Shown piece by piece: positions 8,168 to 20,499 of a stretch of DNA of 64,000 bases. Made by a program: the position numbers and the translations under genes. The DNA is from Mesotaenium endlicherianum (Eukaryota). The notes beneath the pieces are model-generated. The model was not told the DNA's origin and searched no databases. It saw only the letters and a list, made by a program, of their open reading frames with translations. The stretch's first letter is position 1; every line of letters begins with the position of its first letter. The DNA is taken from contig WELA01003449.1 of assembly GCA_009602735.1 (NCBI GenBank), forward strand, positions 720,692 through 784,691, given 5' to 3'.

Positions 8168-11165
8168 GGATGGACTAAGGAGCAGGAACTGCGTATTTAG
8201 GGCCTTCTAATCTATATGTGTACAGTGAGCTTTGATTATACGTTCTATAGAAGTGAACCCACCTAAATCAGGCCTCCTTTGCTGCCATATCGCTTGGGCT
8301 AATGGGGGGCCTGCTCCTCCTTCCTGCACGAGAAAATAGCTGCACTGCCCTTGTGACGTTGCGTGACTCTCCTGTGACATACTCCACTAGCTTGTATGGA
8401 TGCTTATGCCGCTTATCTTGATAGTGATATCATGTGGTGCTTTGTGAGCCCTGGTTTAGCCCAAGTTGCAACTCTGAAGCACTTTCGGGATGTACCCTTA
8501 ATATCAGTACATGCATGCCAAGAGGCACTGGCCTTACACTAGTCGGACGTTTTGTGAAGTTCATTTCTGTGCAGAGAGCCCTTTGCTGTGCACTATATGT
8601 TCTAAGGGGATGAAGTCAATAGCTCTGGTTACAAAGACATTGTGACAAACTTTGGGAATCCTTGAAATTGTATAACATCTTTAGAGGAACATGCCAAGTT
8701 AATGTAGGCTCTTTAGTGATGAGATGCACGAAGATTTCACTGGATGTCAGAGATCTGCCCCGAGGAGAGACAAGTCCCATTGCAGTACGATATGATATAT
8801 CAAACATTAGTTTGGCACTAAAATACAAAGTGGCTGAAGAGCAGACGAAATCTCAATGAGAAGAAGCAGCAACTTTGCAGACTGCTCTTTTGTGTGAGAG
8901 CTAGCATACCTTTCTTATCTGGCTTATTACATGTTCAGTTGACGAGGGCATTACCCAGATTCAGCTTGCAACAGCATGTCTTTGTGGGCCGCGCCCGAGC
9001 ACAGAGGAATGTGGAGGAATGTGGTATGCATGGAGACTCACTTGAAGAAGGCTCAAGCTACCTCCTTGGACAGACTGCCGTGTTGCCATGCTGCAGATCT
9101 CTGTGTTACCGAGACACGCTAGAACCTCATGAGCCCAGGTGTTCTGCACAACCCCCGGCAGAGGTGGTAGGTTTCACCCCCCCCAGCCATCACCTCAACC
9201 ACACATATAACGTAGAGTATCTTCAATAGAACTCGGCAGTGGGGTGCGAGAACAGTTTTTGAATCCGTTCGGTTGCTGTTGCTGTTTTAAGTCATAAACT
9301 GGTTCTTAACAGACTTCACAAGTGTGAGAAGTTAGTCATTTGTTTAGGAGAATCCTGAACGGTGGGGTGAGGCTAAGGTATGATGTGGGTTGCCCTTCTT
9401 ACCCGCTTACCAGGCTGCGTTGCTGTGATTGAAAAGCTGAATTATTTCACGGTTCACATTCAACCATATTGGTCACATTGTAAGATGTTCTGGCCAGCGA
9501 TGATGAACCCATACCTTAGAACCCTGAACTATTCTCAGGCAAATATACATCAACACTCCTGCATAGATCAGAAGAGCCCGAGGTTGAATATGTGGAAGGG
9601 TCTTGTGCCGGAAATGATTGACGTCAACTGCAAGGTGAGCTGTAGCTGAATGCTAATGCAAGGAGCGCAAAAGCACAAAGAAACAAGTATAACTCAGCTT
9701 AATATGCTATGGGAAACGAGGAATAGCTACCACTTAGCAATAACCATCAGGGTCAAAGTTTGTCAAAGCAAAATTGTTAATCTTATTCACCAGCAATAGT
9801 ACGCATGTTGGTGCTTTGCACAGAAGTGGCGGTGCTGTTTTAGCGATTCCTCTCTTCTATTACTGAACCTAGCCGGCTACGTACTCCTGCAGTTTGCTAG
9901 TGCAATAAGTATTCAACTCACTCATACAGCAGTGCTCTTCACAGATACTAGCCTCCTCGCAGAAGCTACAGTGGACCAGCTTGATTTTATAACTTCTGCG
10001 GCCTTAAAAGAATGAAAGCACAGTGCGACAAAAATGGTGACTGGGAAGTCGTAAGGCAGCAAGCTCACAATAAACTTTGTCTACTTGATGCAGGGGATCT
10101 CCTTTCACAATATCACACAGCAGTCCTTCATCACAGCACTTCCCTCATCACACGTCTGCGTGCCATTGTTTGCTATTTCACTTGTCAGTGGGAGCCAAGC
10201 AGGGTGGTTAAACAATAATTGTGAACGAAAGGAGAATATGCACCAGATAAAGCAACTGGCTTTGCTGTAAATTTAAAGCATATCTGTGCCCCACATGAAC
10301 ATGTATGCACGAAGGCAACCTCGTTAACATTTGGAGAGGAAAACAACCTGCAGCTTCGTGCATCCGTGACAAGCTTCAGAACGATATGTTATATTCGGTG
10401 ACTTGCATTTACTTTTGCCTGCCAGCTCACACTAAAACCCGACATGCGACATCATTTAAATGACATGGTACCCCCTGCTCCCAATAAAACAAGTGCCAAC
10501 GGTTTCTCTCAATTGTCTCAAGAGCATTTTCGACATTACAACTCTTCCGTGCGAGAGTGACACAAGGAAGAAATATTTGTCATTGCAAAGCGACATTGAA
10601 AGATCTTTCTATACTAATCTATACATATTGTCCTGCTGCATACAAACAGAAACTGCAGCCGTCGTATGCGCTGGGCTCCGGCAACACTTAAAGACCGTCC
10701 CAGATTTTGGTTCTTCACTTGCATAAACGAGAGTTATAAAATCTTTCCCAAGCTTGTCAAGACGTTCAGACCACTCTCTTGGACGTAGACGACTAAACAA
10801 GAGGAAACCAATTGCTACGATGCCAGTGCGACTAAGTCGTGAACAAGTCTCAGTTTGTCCATGAACTCCCCAACAATGGGTCTCTCTACATCCCCCTGAC
10901 CACAGAACAGGCACCCTGCCTATCTCTGTCTCTTCTCTGGAGTCTGGACACGTCTGAACTATTTTTTTACTTCTGGATTCCTTCGCGTCGACTCTGCAAT
11001 TGGAATCGCGGGACTACATGAGTAAGTTCAGCTACGCATCCTCGTGAGTTCCACCATGGAAAAAAATTATTGCGTCCGTGCACGTCCGTGAAGCAGTATT
11101 TGTAAGACGAGTCGTTACTAAAGTGCACTACTAGCAGTGTTGCATCTCGTCAGGAGCAAGTCACC

Positions 11166-13586
11166 ATGGTCTTGAACCTGTTAAGGGGTGCTCTAGGCAG
11201 CATCCAACGCAACGGCATCGTAGGCGCCCTCAAACGCGCCAATGAAGAAGGTTACTTGTAAGTGCTAGAGTAGGGCTCCGCAAGGGTTATAGAGCTTCTT
11301 TGGCATTGCTGCTTCTTATCTGTGAAATGTTCGAGTATATCACGCAGCGCTGTCACCGTCATATAGCTAGATCACTGAACGTTGTACAATGCTTTGCTGA
11401 CACTGTCTCTAGAGTTGAAAACAGTGCTTGAATATGGCTTGGTTTTTCTTATCTGAGCTGCAGGAAAATGTTCCTTGACGGCAACCTCTTGTAAGTCTAG
11501 GTCGAAACCATATTTACCTTCTTGGTTGTGCGCAAGCCAGGAAGTACAGAAATGATTGACTTAAGCCCAGCTTTAGTAGCAGGGGGGTAGTGGCCCTGAC
11601 GAATTCCTTGAACTTCTATATACAAAATAAGATGACGGCTTCTGTTCTTTCCCGGAAAATTTTGTCTGCTCATGGGTGCAACACGGTTATGTTGCGCTGG
11701 CGCATCAGAGGTAGGTGTGCAAGGCAGTCAGGGCATGGTCTAGGTGATTGCTCCACCATGTCTCAAGAGGGTTTCATTTGGCTGTCTATCCTCTTGCTGC
11801 TTGAGGGGGAGGGAGTTACACGTCAATCATTGCGCTTGGTTGAGTATGTCCTACGAATTTGCTGCGTAGCATGTCGATTATTCAGGTGGTCTCAGACGAA
11901 AAAGTTGCAGGGCAGACGGTTTTTTTGTAGGACATGCTTTTGGTGTATATGCGCATGGTGTCATAAAAGCGCATATTGAACTTTCTCTACCCCGCTTGAA
12001 ACAGCCAAACAAAGGTGAGGGCAAACGGTGCAACTCTGGTAGGCATCGACACGTTTGGCAACAAGTACTATGAAAGGCTTCATGATGTACAATATGGTAA
12101 GTTTTTACGCACTGCTTGTGCTGCTCTACAAGTCGTTTGGGTCCTTTGCACCTCTTGAATTAGTACCAGTCTGAACGTCCTTCATGATCAGAGCAGGCAT
12201 CTTCCAAGTTTTGCATACATCACCTGATTCCAGGACCAAGGTGGGGCAGCATGTATCAAATCATTAAATGGACAAATCATGTGCTTACGTTGTCGTTCAA
12301 GTTGGAGGCATCGGTTCCTTTCTTCATCAATGGAAGTAATCAGAAGAAGAAGGCAGGCAGGCTGCTACATAGTGTGCGGATTTCACTCGTGGCGTCTCTA
12401 GAACCAGGAGATAGCATCCCAAGCAGAAAAATGCATTTTTGACGGTTATTTCTTGCGTGGGCCAAGGCATTCGTGTAGAGGACTTGATGCAGCTTGCACA
12501 TCAACTTATACGTAAACTATCTTAGAGCTTCAGGGTGCAGATTGACATGGAACTGTGACAACCACTTGGTTACAAGCCCCTTACAGGTTGCCTCCAACTT
12601 GCAGAGTGGGTTCTATAGGCGATCTTTCGTATGTCAGGAGGAACAGCAGTCTTTGATCCATTCTGAGGAGTTGGTCTTGTTGTTTCACAGGACGACACAG
12701 GTGGGTGGAATTTAAGGACTCCCACAACTATGATGCCTCCACTGTGCCGCCAGAGTGGCATGGTTGGCTGCACCACATCAATGACTACACGCCTGAGCAG
12801 GTCCGACTTGAACTCTACTCTCCTGCCAAGACTTCGTCAAAACGAAACTGCTCAGGATTGTACAGCTGTATAGAGGTTTCAAAACTGTATTGCCGTTTCC
12901 CTTTCGGATAATAGGCTTGCTCCTCTGCATTATCTTCCTGGGCCTGTCGCTTACTGCCCCATGTTTAGCGTAAATAACGAAGTTGTTGGTGCATCTTACT
13001 CCTTCACGCTACATCATCACTGCGGGGTTCTAATTGTGCTAGTCTATCATTCGTACTGACTGCATCATGCAAGTGGAGTCCTTGAAGTGTTAGCCCTTCT
13101 TTCTGCTAACGTTCCGCAGACTGCATCATTAATTTTCAGCTTTCCTTCGATTTGGAGCGTGGGACTCTCTCGTGTGTAACCTCCTTACATATAGGTTTTA
13201 GGCTGCATATTCACAACCATGTGTGACGGTTCTGTTATAAAGAAATAAGCCATCCAGAATTTTGTGGAGTAGGTGGTGAATGGGGCTTTGTTGGCTTTTC
13301 TGTTTTGAGCATCTATTGGAGATTGTGGAGGACAATCTTATAGCTTCTGGAAGTGCAGTATCTTGTCTTCGGTGTTTCAAAATCAAAAGTACCGGGGCCT
13401 CAATTTGGTTTGTGTTTCATATATGGGCAGTTAATCAAGTTCAGACCAGCATACTTGCAAGAGCACAAGCGCAACCCTACCGGAGAGGGAGATGAAAAGA
13501 TATATCATGCTAAGGGTCATGCCTTGAATCCCAATCAACGTGAATGGAAAAAGTTTGAGCCCTGGACACCCTCTTCCACTCCTTGA
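11166..13586 (+). CDS. NDUFA12: NADH:ubiquinone oxidoreductase subunit A12 (B17.2); exons 11166-11257, 11464-11490, 12005-12096, 12691-12800, 13431-13586 (158 aa)
   Basis: GT-AG joins keep frame; GATLVGIDTFGNKYYE, GRHRWVEF, VPPEWHGWLH, IYHAKGHALNP match the plant B17.2 family. Confidence 0.95.
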
Positions 13587-14574
13587 GGGAAAGACAGCTC
13601 ATACTTCCATCTGCAGCATTCTGTTTTCATACAAATGGGAGGACATATAATTGTTACGGCACATACAGTGGCCATGCTCTTTTCCGTCTACTTTTACCAA
13701 CAAATGGCAAAGATGTTACATCAGTGATAGCTACATGTTAGGAAATTAGTACAATCCATTAACTGTGAGTTAATTATTCCAGCCTAACCCTTGAGTAGGC
13801 CCTATGGTACCTTCTTCTGAGAGGAATCAGATCCCGATCAGTGGGGACCAACTTGAAAGCATACTTCCTAGTGGATATGTGAGGTATGTGCAAGTGTAAT
13901 TGCCACCCCTGTTCTTTCTTGAAGATTTTTTCTACGCGGTCACTGTGAAATATGTGAAAAAGTGCCAGAAGTAAACGTGACTGGAAGCAGTTGTACTTTA
14001 TTGTTGAACCTTGACCGTCGCACCCCGTGTGGCCCAGCTTCTCATGACCATACGATAATGAAAGAAACTAAAAGCCTGTTACATAAATACCTGAACCTTT
14101 CTACCTTATGCTACACCTCCTTCACTGGAATCATGCGCAACGTATGCAATGATTGCGCCTTCATTGCTGTCAAAAGATGAAGATCCAGATTCCTGCTGCT
14201 GTGCATAAATAGTTGCTCTCAAGCCCAGATGAGCGATAGCTACACTGCTCCAAGCCCTATATGCAGAGTACACCTTAAACTACCCTGTCTGGCTTACACT
14301 TGAGGAACTTAACGTCAGGACCAGGCTCGATATGGAAATAGTTACCATCTGGTAAAAAACTTGACAAACTGCTCCTAGGTGATGCCAACTATGAAAATCC
14401 TGCTGGCGGTCGCAAGCCCAGTGCAACACATCAAATACAAACAGACTCAAGAGCAGTAATCTGGCGGATCAGAGTCCAACAGGCGCTGCCATCGAAGACT
14501 TGAGAAGGAGATAAGAAGCAGTCAAATAAACTGAAATAAGTAAAACCAAGCCACCTTCTAAAAGCTACAATTGT

Positions 14575-17403
14575 CTACCTTGGTGTCGGCACCTTGTTTT
14601 CCTTATCTTCCCCATTATGCAACAAAGACGCTTGCTCCTCGTCCATGTGGAAATTACTGAGCCCGTTCTCCACTTTGGGACTCAGTTTGGGACTTATCAT
14701 ATCTAACTTTGCCGTCCTACCTTCCTCTTCTAACTTATCCTTCTTGCCTTTCTCGACTGCCCAGCTGTATATTATCATCCCCACGACTGCCAGGGACATG
14801 CCACTCACATTCTTCCATGTCATTCTTGAGTCGAAGAAAAACCAGCCTAGAAGAAGGACGAAGACCGTCTTCATATGGCCCAAGACTTGGAAGGAGACTG
14901 CAGAGAACTTGCCAATGCAGAGGTACTGGCTCAAATTGCAAAAGACTGCTAATAAACACGAACATATCATGAAGATCTGCACACATGAATGTATGGAAAT
15001 ATGTCAGGGCATCAGTAATGGCAACAAGCATGAGCAAACCCCTAGAAGGTCCGCACGCTCAACAACAAAAGTAACAATTACATCAGAGGATGCCCAGCAT
15101 TACGCTGGTCAAGTCAATTGGCAGCTCTCGACTGGCAGCTACGAGTTCTAACCTAGAGGAACCCACTGTTTTTTCATGCGGAAGTCAGAAACAATCACTG
15201 ACGCTGTCTAAATCCTTAGTTCTGCGCGTGGTATATTTATGTCTGCATCCGGAAACCACCCTCTAGCAATGGCGGGCGAAAGGAGGAGCCTACTGGATAC
15301 AACATTGATTACGTTGCAGAATGTTTGGCAAGGTCTTATTGACGTATTGGCCAACTCACATACTCAAAATTGAGAGAACTGACATGCTGTAAGTAAAAAC
15401 TTGATGAGTCAACCGTGAGTATGTCCTTACCATTGCAATGGTGGTAACTGAATACGATGTCAAACTCTTCGAAGTCAAGAAATAATCGCATACAGGCCCA
15501 AAGACAAGCAGTGACACTGCTTGAATGGGCGCTGTTTGGCTTAGGAGATCAAAAGAGCCAATGTTGTACTTCAGCTGCAACGAGCCAATGTACTGCACGG
15601 ATGCAAAGGCAATAGTTCATTCAAAAGCTGCGACAGCGGCCAAACCCATTTAGAGCTCAAACTCCTTGTGCTACTCTGTCATTCTATCATGACAAAACTT
15701 CCTTCCCAGAACCGTTCACCAGGTGCATATGCCCTGGTCTAATTTGAAAGGAAACCGTGAGTTTAATCCCCCAAAAAAAGTAAGTGGACTTCTTTGCACG
15801 GCCATCATTCAAACGGCATGACACGAACTCGTAACAGCCATGAACAAGAGGGTGGGAACGGGGCAAAAAAGGATGTGCTTGCACGTGTAATGAGGTCTTG
15901 GTCTTGAAGAAGGTTCAACACCTTGTGATAAAAGGGCACAGCTAATTCATATCTCCTGGATATACATGACTTGCTCAAAGTTCCCCCACGAGGATCTTAA
16001 GAGGCTGTGAGGCAGTGTGAGAAGCTCAATCCTCTCGTCTTGGCATGACTCTATTCAAGCAAGGCACAGATTAGAAGAGGTAAATCTTTCTGCATAACCT
16101 TGCCAAGTGCTTTACCCTAACCTATGTGTCTAGGGTGTTTCAAATTTGATAAGTGCCTGTAGTGCGTTGCACTGTCACCACAAAAGAGGAGTTATTGGAC
16201 TTACAAGTTGTTGGAGTGCGGTTGCCACAACGGCAATCACAGCGGCAATGATACCACTCACATTTGCCCGAAAATCGGTCACAGTGCAGACCCCAACTCC
16301 AAGTATGACCACCAGTACTGCAAACTTTACCTCCTTGGAGAATCTCTTCCCATGTAATAAGTAGTCAAAGAAGCAGACAGTGGGTATGATGCTAAGCTTG
16401 GAAATCTGCTCATATTTAAAAACGCGTTTCGGATCACAAAGCTGGCCATTTTCAGGAGTCTGACAAAAACATGAGTCATGCACCCAAACCCTTGATGATC
16501 ACTGCTCTTGACAAGATTGACAGGTATTCTATAGCAACCAGAAGTGTCATCAGCATATGCGTATTATCAAAAGGACGGGAGGAAGCTCTAGCTCGATGTC
16601 CTCTGCCAAGAATTGGCAATATAGAAAACGGGACTGCCAACCAAAGCCCTTCGTCTCAGGAAGTTGTTCTTGGAATCCCAACTGGCCAGATCCCTTCTTC
16701 AATGCTACAATATACATTACCACCTCGACTACTTCTATAAGTTACTTTCTATATCAAGTTGATAACCAACCTTAATAATGTACTGCATGTCTATGAACAT
16801 CCCTTGCAACCACATATATAAATTGCAGAAGTATATTCTTCCTTGACATAAATGAAGGGGTAACTGTGCATTAGCTGTTTATATTCTTTGATGATTTACA
16901 TAACTTGTGCATTTAGGGGCTAGCATCACCAAATTTTACGGGCTAACAAATGAGTCAGAAGGTTGTACAAGATGTTTCACCTGATAGAAACCCACACTGT
17001 TCAGCATGAGGCTAACATTCATTCCAACAATGGATAAGTTGGCTATAACAGAAAACCACGCAAGTTCTCCCAAAGGCACAACACTCTTGCTTGACAGCAA
17101 GCCAAGAGCTGAAGAAGCCATTCCTACAAGACCGGTTACTAGAAAGTGTAGCCCAGTCAAGGTTGTCGCTGCAGGCAAGCAAGTTAGGAACAGGTAAGGT
17201 ACAACCTTCTTGAAGACCTTAGGCATACATGCAACGCTATAAGCAAACACATGCAGCATCAAAATCTATAGCGTGCTGCTCTCACCGAAAATAAACCCAT
17301 AGCCGCTCATCAGTTGCTTGTTAACCATAATAATCCCCACAGAGCTGAAAATATTCATGCCCCATGCAAGTGCTCCAGACACTGCAGCTGGATTGTTCAC
17401 CAT
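14575..17403 (-). CDS. URGT: Nucleotide-sugar transporter, UDP-rhamnose/UDP-galactose transporter (URGT, TPT family); exons 17286-17403, 16981-17168, 16205-16405, 15431-15592, 14575-14976 (356 aa)
   Basis: AWGMNIFSSVGIIMVNKQLMS, ATTLTGLHF, SLMLNSVGFYQISKLS, SQYLCIGKFSAVSFQVLGHMKT; all introns GT-AG and in phase. Confidence 0.92.
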
Positions 17404-17900
17404 AGCTGTAAGATGCAAGAGTACGGGATAGATATGTGTAGATCCTTGGACTTGCTTTTGAATGCCTCAGTAGCACAGTTGACACCAACAAGACGCTTCA
17501 CTATGCCTAGTAAAATGCATGACAGCGGATCTCAACGAAGAATGGTGTCCCACTATATAAGAAGCCCTGTGAAGTCTGGAATCATAAAACAAGTGTTTGC
17601 TTGGCGTATGACAGCGAGAAATCGAAGGGTCTAGCACTAAATTAATATGATTGATGCGCCTATTAAAAGAGAGAAATATGATCAAAACAGTTCAGCTACA
17701 CACACGGAAGTCGTAGCCTTTGTTGACCACTCCTCAATCTCAATTAAATTGCTAGAGATGACTTACAAGCCCTTAACTAGGGGCTACCGTCCATTGATGA
17801 CCGTCCGATAAAAGGTCGTGTCCAAACTCGCAGGACTTGTGGCAGAACGGACAACTTGTGACTTGTGACAACCAGTGCAACCCGGCATCTCGCGGAGGCT

Positions 17901-17990
17901 TGTCGAAGCATGTCGAAGCGTATTGAACAGTATTAAGCCCTATTGAAGCCAGTTGAAGCCAATTCAAGCGAATTGATATAGATTGAAGAG
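17901..17990. repeat. Degenerate 10-bp-period minisatellite (~9 units)
   Basis: tgtcgaagca tgtcgaagcg tattgaacag tattaagccc tattgaagcc agttgaagcc aattcaagcg aattgatata gattgaagag. Confidence 0.7.
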
Positions 17991-18613
17991 TCGGAACTTT
18001 GGAAGTTCGGAACTGAGGAATAGACGGCAAAATATATGCTGTAGGCCACTGTAGGCAGGCTGGAGCAGGCAGTAGCAGGGCCGTAGGACGTGGTTGGATG
18101 TGGTTGACTTTGGGCATACTGGAAAGTGTAGAAAAGCAAATGGATCTCTCAGGGTTGCTCAGGGTCACTGCATCGAAGAGCTCTCCTTGCTTTGACCGAC
18201 TACGCATGCTTCCAACTTCCGCCTTGTGTACAAAGATGACACGTTTTGAAATGAAGTGGGTCTCGTCTTGCTTCTGGCTCGCAGCAGCACAGCATCAGGC
18301 TCACACACTGTCATACAGCATACCACATGACCGGGTAGTGTCACAGCCGCCAGCACTTTGTGACGCGCACTTCCAATCACAAGCAAACAATTTCTGAACT
18401 TACTAATGACGTGAACGCCGACATCGGTTAAATGTCACATTCTCCGGCTCTCCGGCACTGTTCGGCACTAGGGCACTTTTCAGGGTTCGACCTTGCCTCT
18501 TGGTCTGGACTTCGGACTCGAGTGCTCTGGAGAAGCCTCCAATAAAAGTGCAAAAAATAGCGAATCATGGGCTCGAATTGGCTCGAATATTTTCGGGGTA
18601 GACTAGCATAGTC

Positions 18614-18758
18614 ACGGCCGCCCAGGTACGGTAAAGTCAACGTTGACTGATCGATTTGACTACTGATGTGGACGAATAAGCGTTGAAGTCAAAGGTCGAG
18701 TCAAAGGGTGACTACGAGGGGTCAAAAAAACACTTAGTAATAGGTGGGGTTTGACAGC
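18614..18758. repeat. Dispersed repeat copy 1 (homologous to 63780-63928) with 14-bp palindrome
   Basis: ACGGCCGCCCAGGTACGGTAAAGTCAACGTTGACT vs ACGGTCACCCAGGTACGG-AAAGTCAACGTTGACT; shared TTTGACAGC ~115-120 bp further on. Confidence 0.7.
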
Positions 18759-19122
18759 CAGGTCAGTTGCGTGCAGAAGGTCCAAACGTCCACTTCAGCA
18801 GCTGCCAGGCGAAGGAAGCTAACCTTGCAGCTAACTACGCATTTGCCAAGTCAGGTAGAGCTGACATAACCACCCGTTTAGTGGTGGCTGAGTCAAGCCA
18901 CGCTGAGTATGCAGGACAGCGTAGCGCCAGCCCCTTCAGAGAGTTGCCACGACGAGCCTGACACGATAGGGGACAGCTTTCTCAACCACAAGGGCGTGCA
19001 CGTCGATCGAAAGATTGAGCGAGCACGCGTAGCCGACACAAGGCCTACATGCAGATTGAGTGACGCAACATTAATTAAAACATGCAGTGACAGTTCACGA
19101 GGTGGAGCATACATGCATGAAG

Positions 19123-19722
19123 TGGTGTAAGGTCATAGGTTTATGAAGTGCATTTTTGAGTATCATGAAAGTATGTTTTGATTGTATAGTAGTGTAGAGT
19201 GCATTTTTGTGGTCATTTTGATATAAAGTTCATCGAATTTGGTCAAGTATTGAGAGAGTTATGGATTTCCGAAGTTTAATTAGTTTTGAGGTCGGTTGAC
19301 GACTGTCCTTAATTCGCGGTGAGCGCGACCGTCGGATTGACCGACAGCGTCGAGCGATCTGGCCCGTTAGAATGAACTCGAACCTTCACGTAAGTTCGGC
19401 TGACGCGGAGTGCCGACTAGGTCGATTTACCTAGAAGTTTCGGTTTAGCCTAGCGCGTCTAAGATAGAATATTCTAGAAATGTCGATGCATGTATATGGA
19501 CGTCAATTCGGCCCGACACGTCAGATTAGACCGATCTGGCTTACTCACGAATATTCTGGAAGGGACGATTTGACGAACACTTAGGAAAATCCGTAGCTTC
19601 CTCCTTGGGGGGAGCACTTGAGCAGAAAATTATAAATAGGCATAACTTCTTTGTTTCTTATCAGTTTTCACTTCTGTAAATTTCTACGGGTTTGTAATGA
19701 CAAGGCCTTTCATCCTACATCA
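19123..19722 (+). mobile_element. LTR-like sequence (solo or relic LTR, ~600 bp)
   Basis: Imperfect inverted termini TGGTGTAAGG...CCTACATCA, TATAAATAG at 19631, T-rich 3' portion; no matching TSD (tgaag/tttgt), no clear PBS. Confidence 0.4.
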
Positions 19723-20499
19723 TTTGTGAGCAGTTTCTTGCTACTCAAAATGTTGAGTAATTTTCCTAAGTTTTGTTAGTGATATGTCGCTGCACTCTCT
19801 AGCATGATGGCAACTAGTTCCTTTCCTCGTGAGTCACTACGCTTCCACTAGGGCACTCTGCCCCTTTCAAGTGGCGACTAAGTCACGGCAGTCTCGAAAG
19901 GAACGTGCTCACGTAGTGCCTGAGAAAGGCCTGGTGCATTCTATCCTCATTCTGACTTGCAACTTCCGCCAGATCCAAGAACACACTGAGACTGGTCCGA
20001 AATTGAACGCCCAAGAACGCCCCAGAATTGGATCTACACCCACCTCCGCCAAGGCGTAGACGGTTTCTCCTACAATGCGCTAGGCAAAGGTGGAGAAATG
20101 AACATCTCCACCACAGGCGGAGATGGTATTTCTACCAATTTTTACGCACAATGGGAAAGATTTATCTGGGACAAATCTGCACCTCTGCCCAAACTGTCGA
20201 AATTGGTCGAAAAAGCTAGAATCCACATCATTTGAATTACTTTATTGTGTCGACAGGGCTTGTTTGCCCTGCCGCTTCACTTAAGGAAGTGGGGAGGGCT
20301 GATATTTCTCCCGGATTCTCCCCACCCTTTTGGTGGTATTTTTCCAAAAAGAAGGACTCTCGCGTTCATTTTTGAAATTTTGATGACTTTCTTCATCGAA
20401 ATTGATTTTAGCATCGTACACATTTTGATGTAATTTATACGTAGGAAGTCGGTGTGACCCGTTGATTGAATTTTGGACATGTTGCGATGTAACCCACCG

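Noticed and set aside
8600..11000. Possible gene between the thioesterase and NDUFA12 (exon-like AG..GT segment on minus strand ~9516-9558)
   Set aside because: No coherent multi-exon reading frame or homology recognisable; could be a lncRNA but cannot be supported
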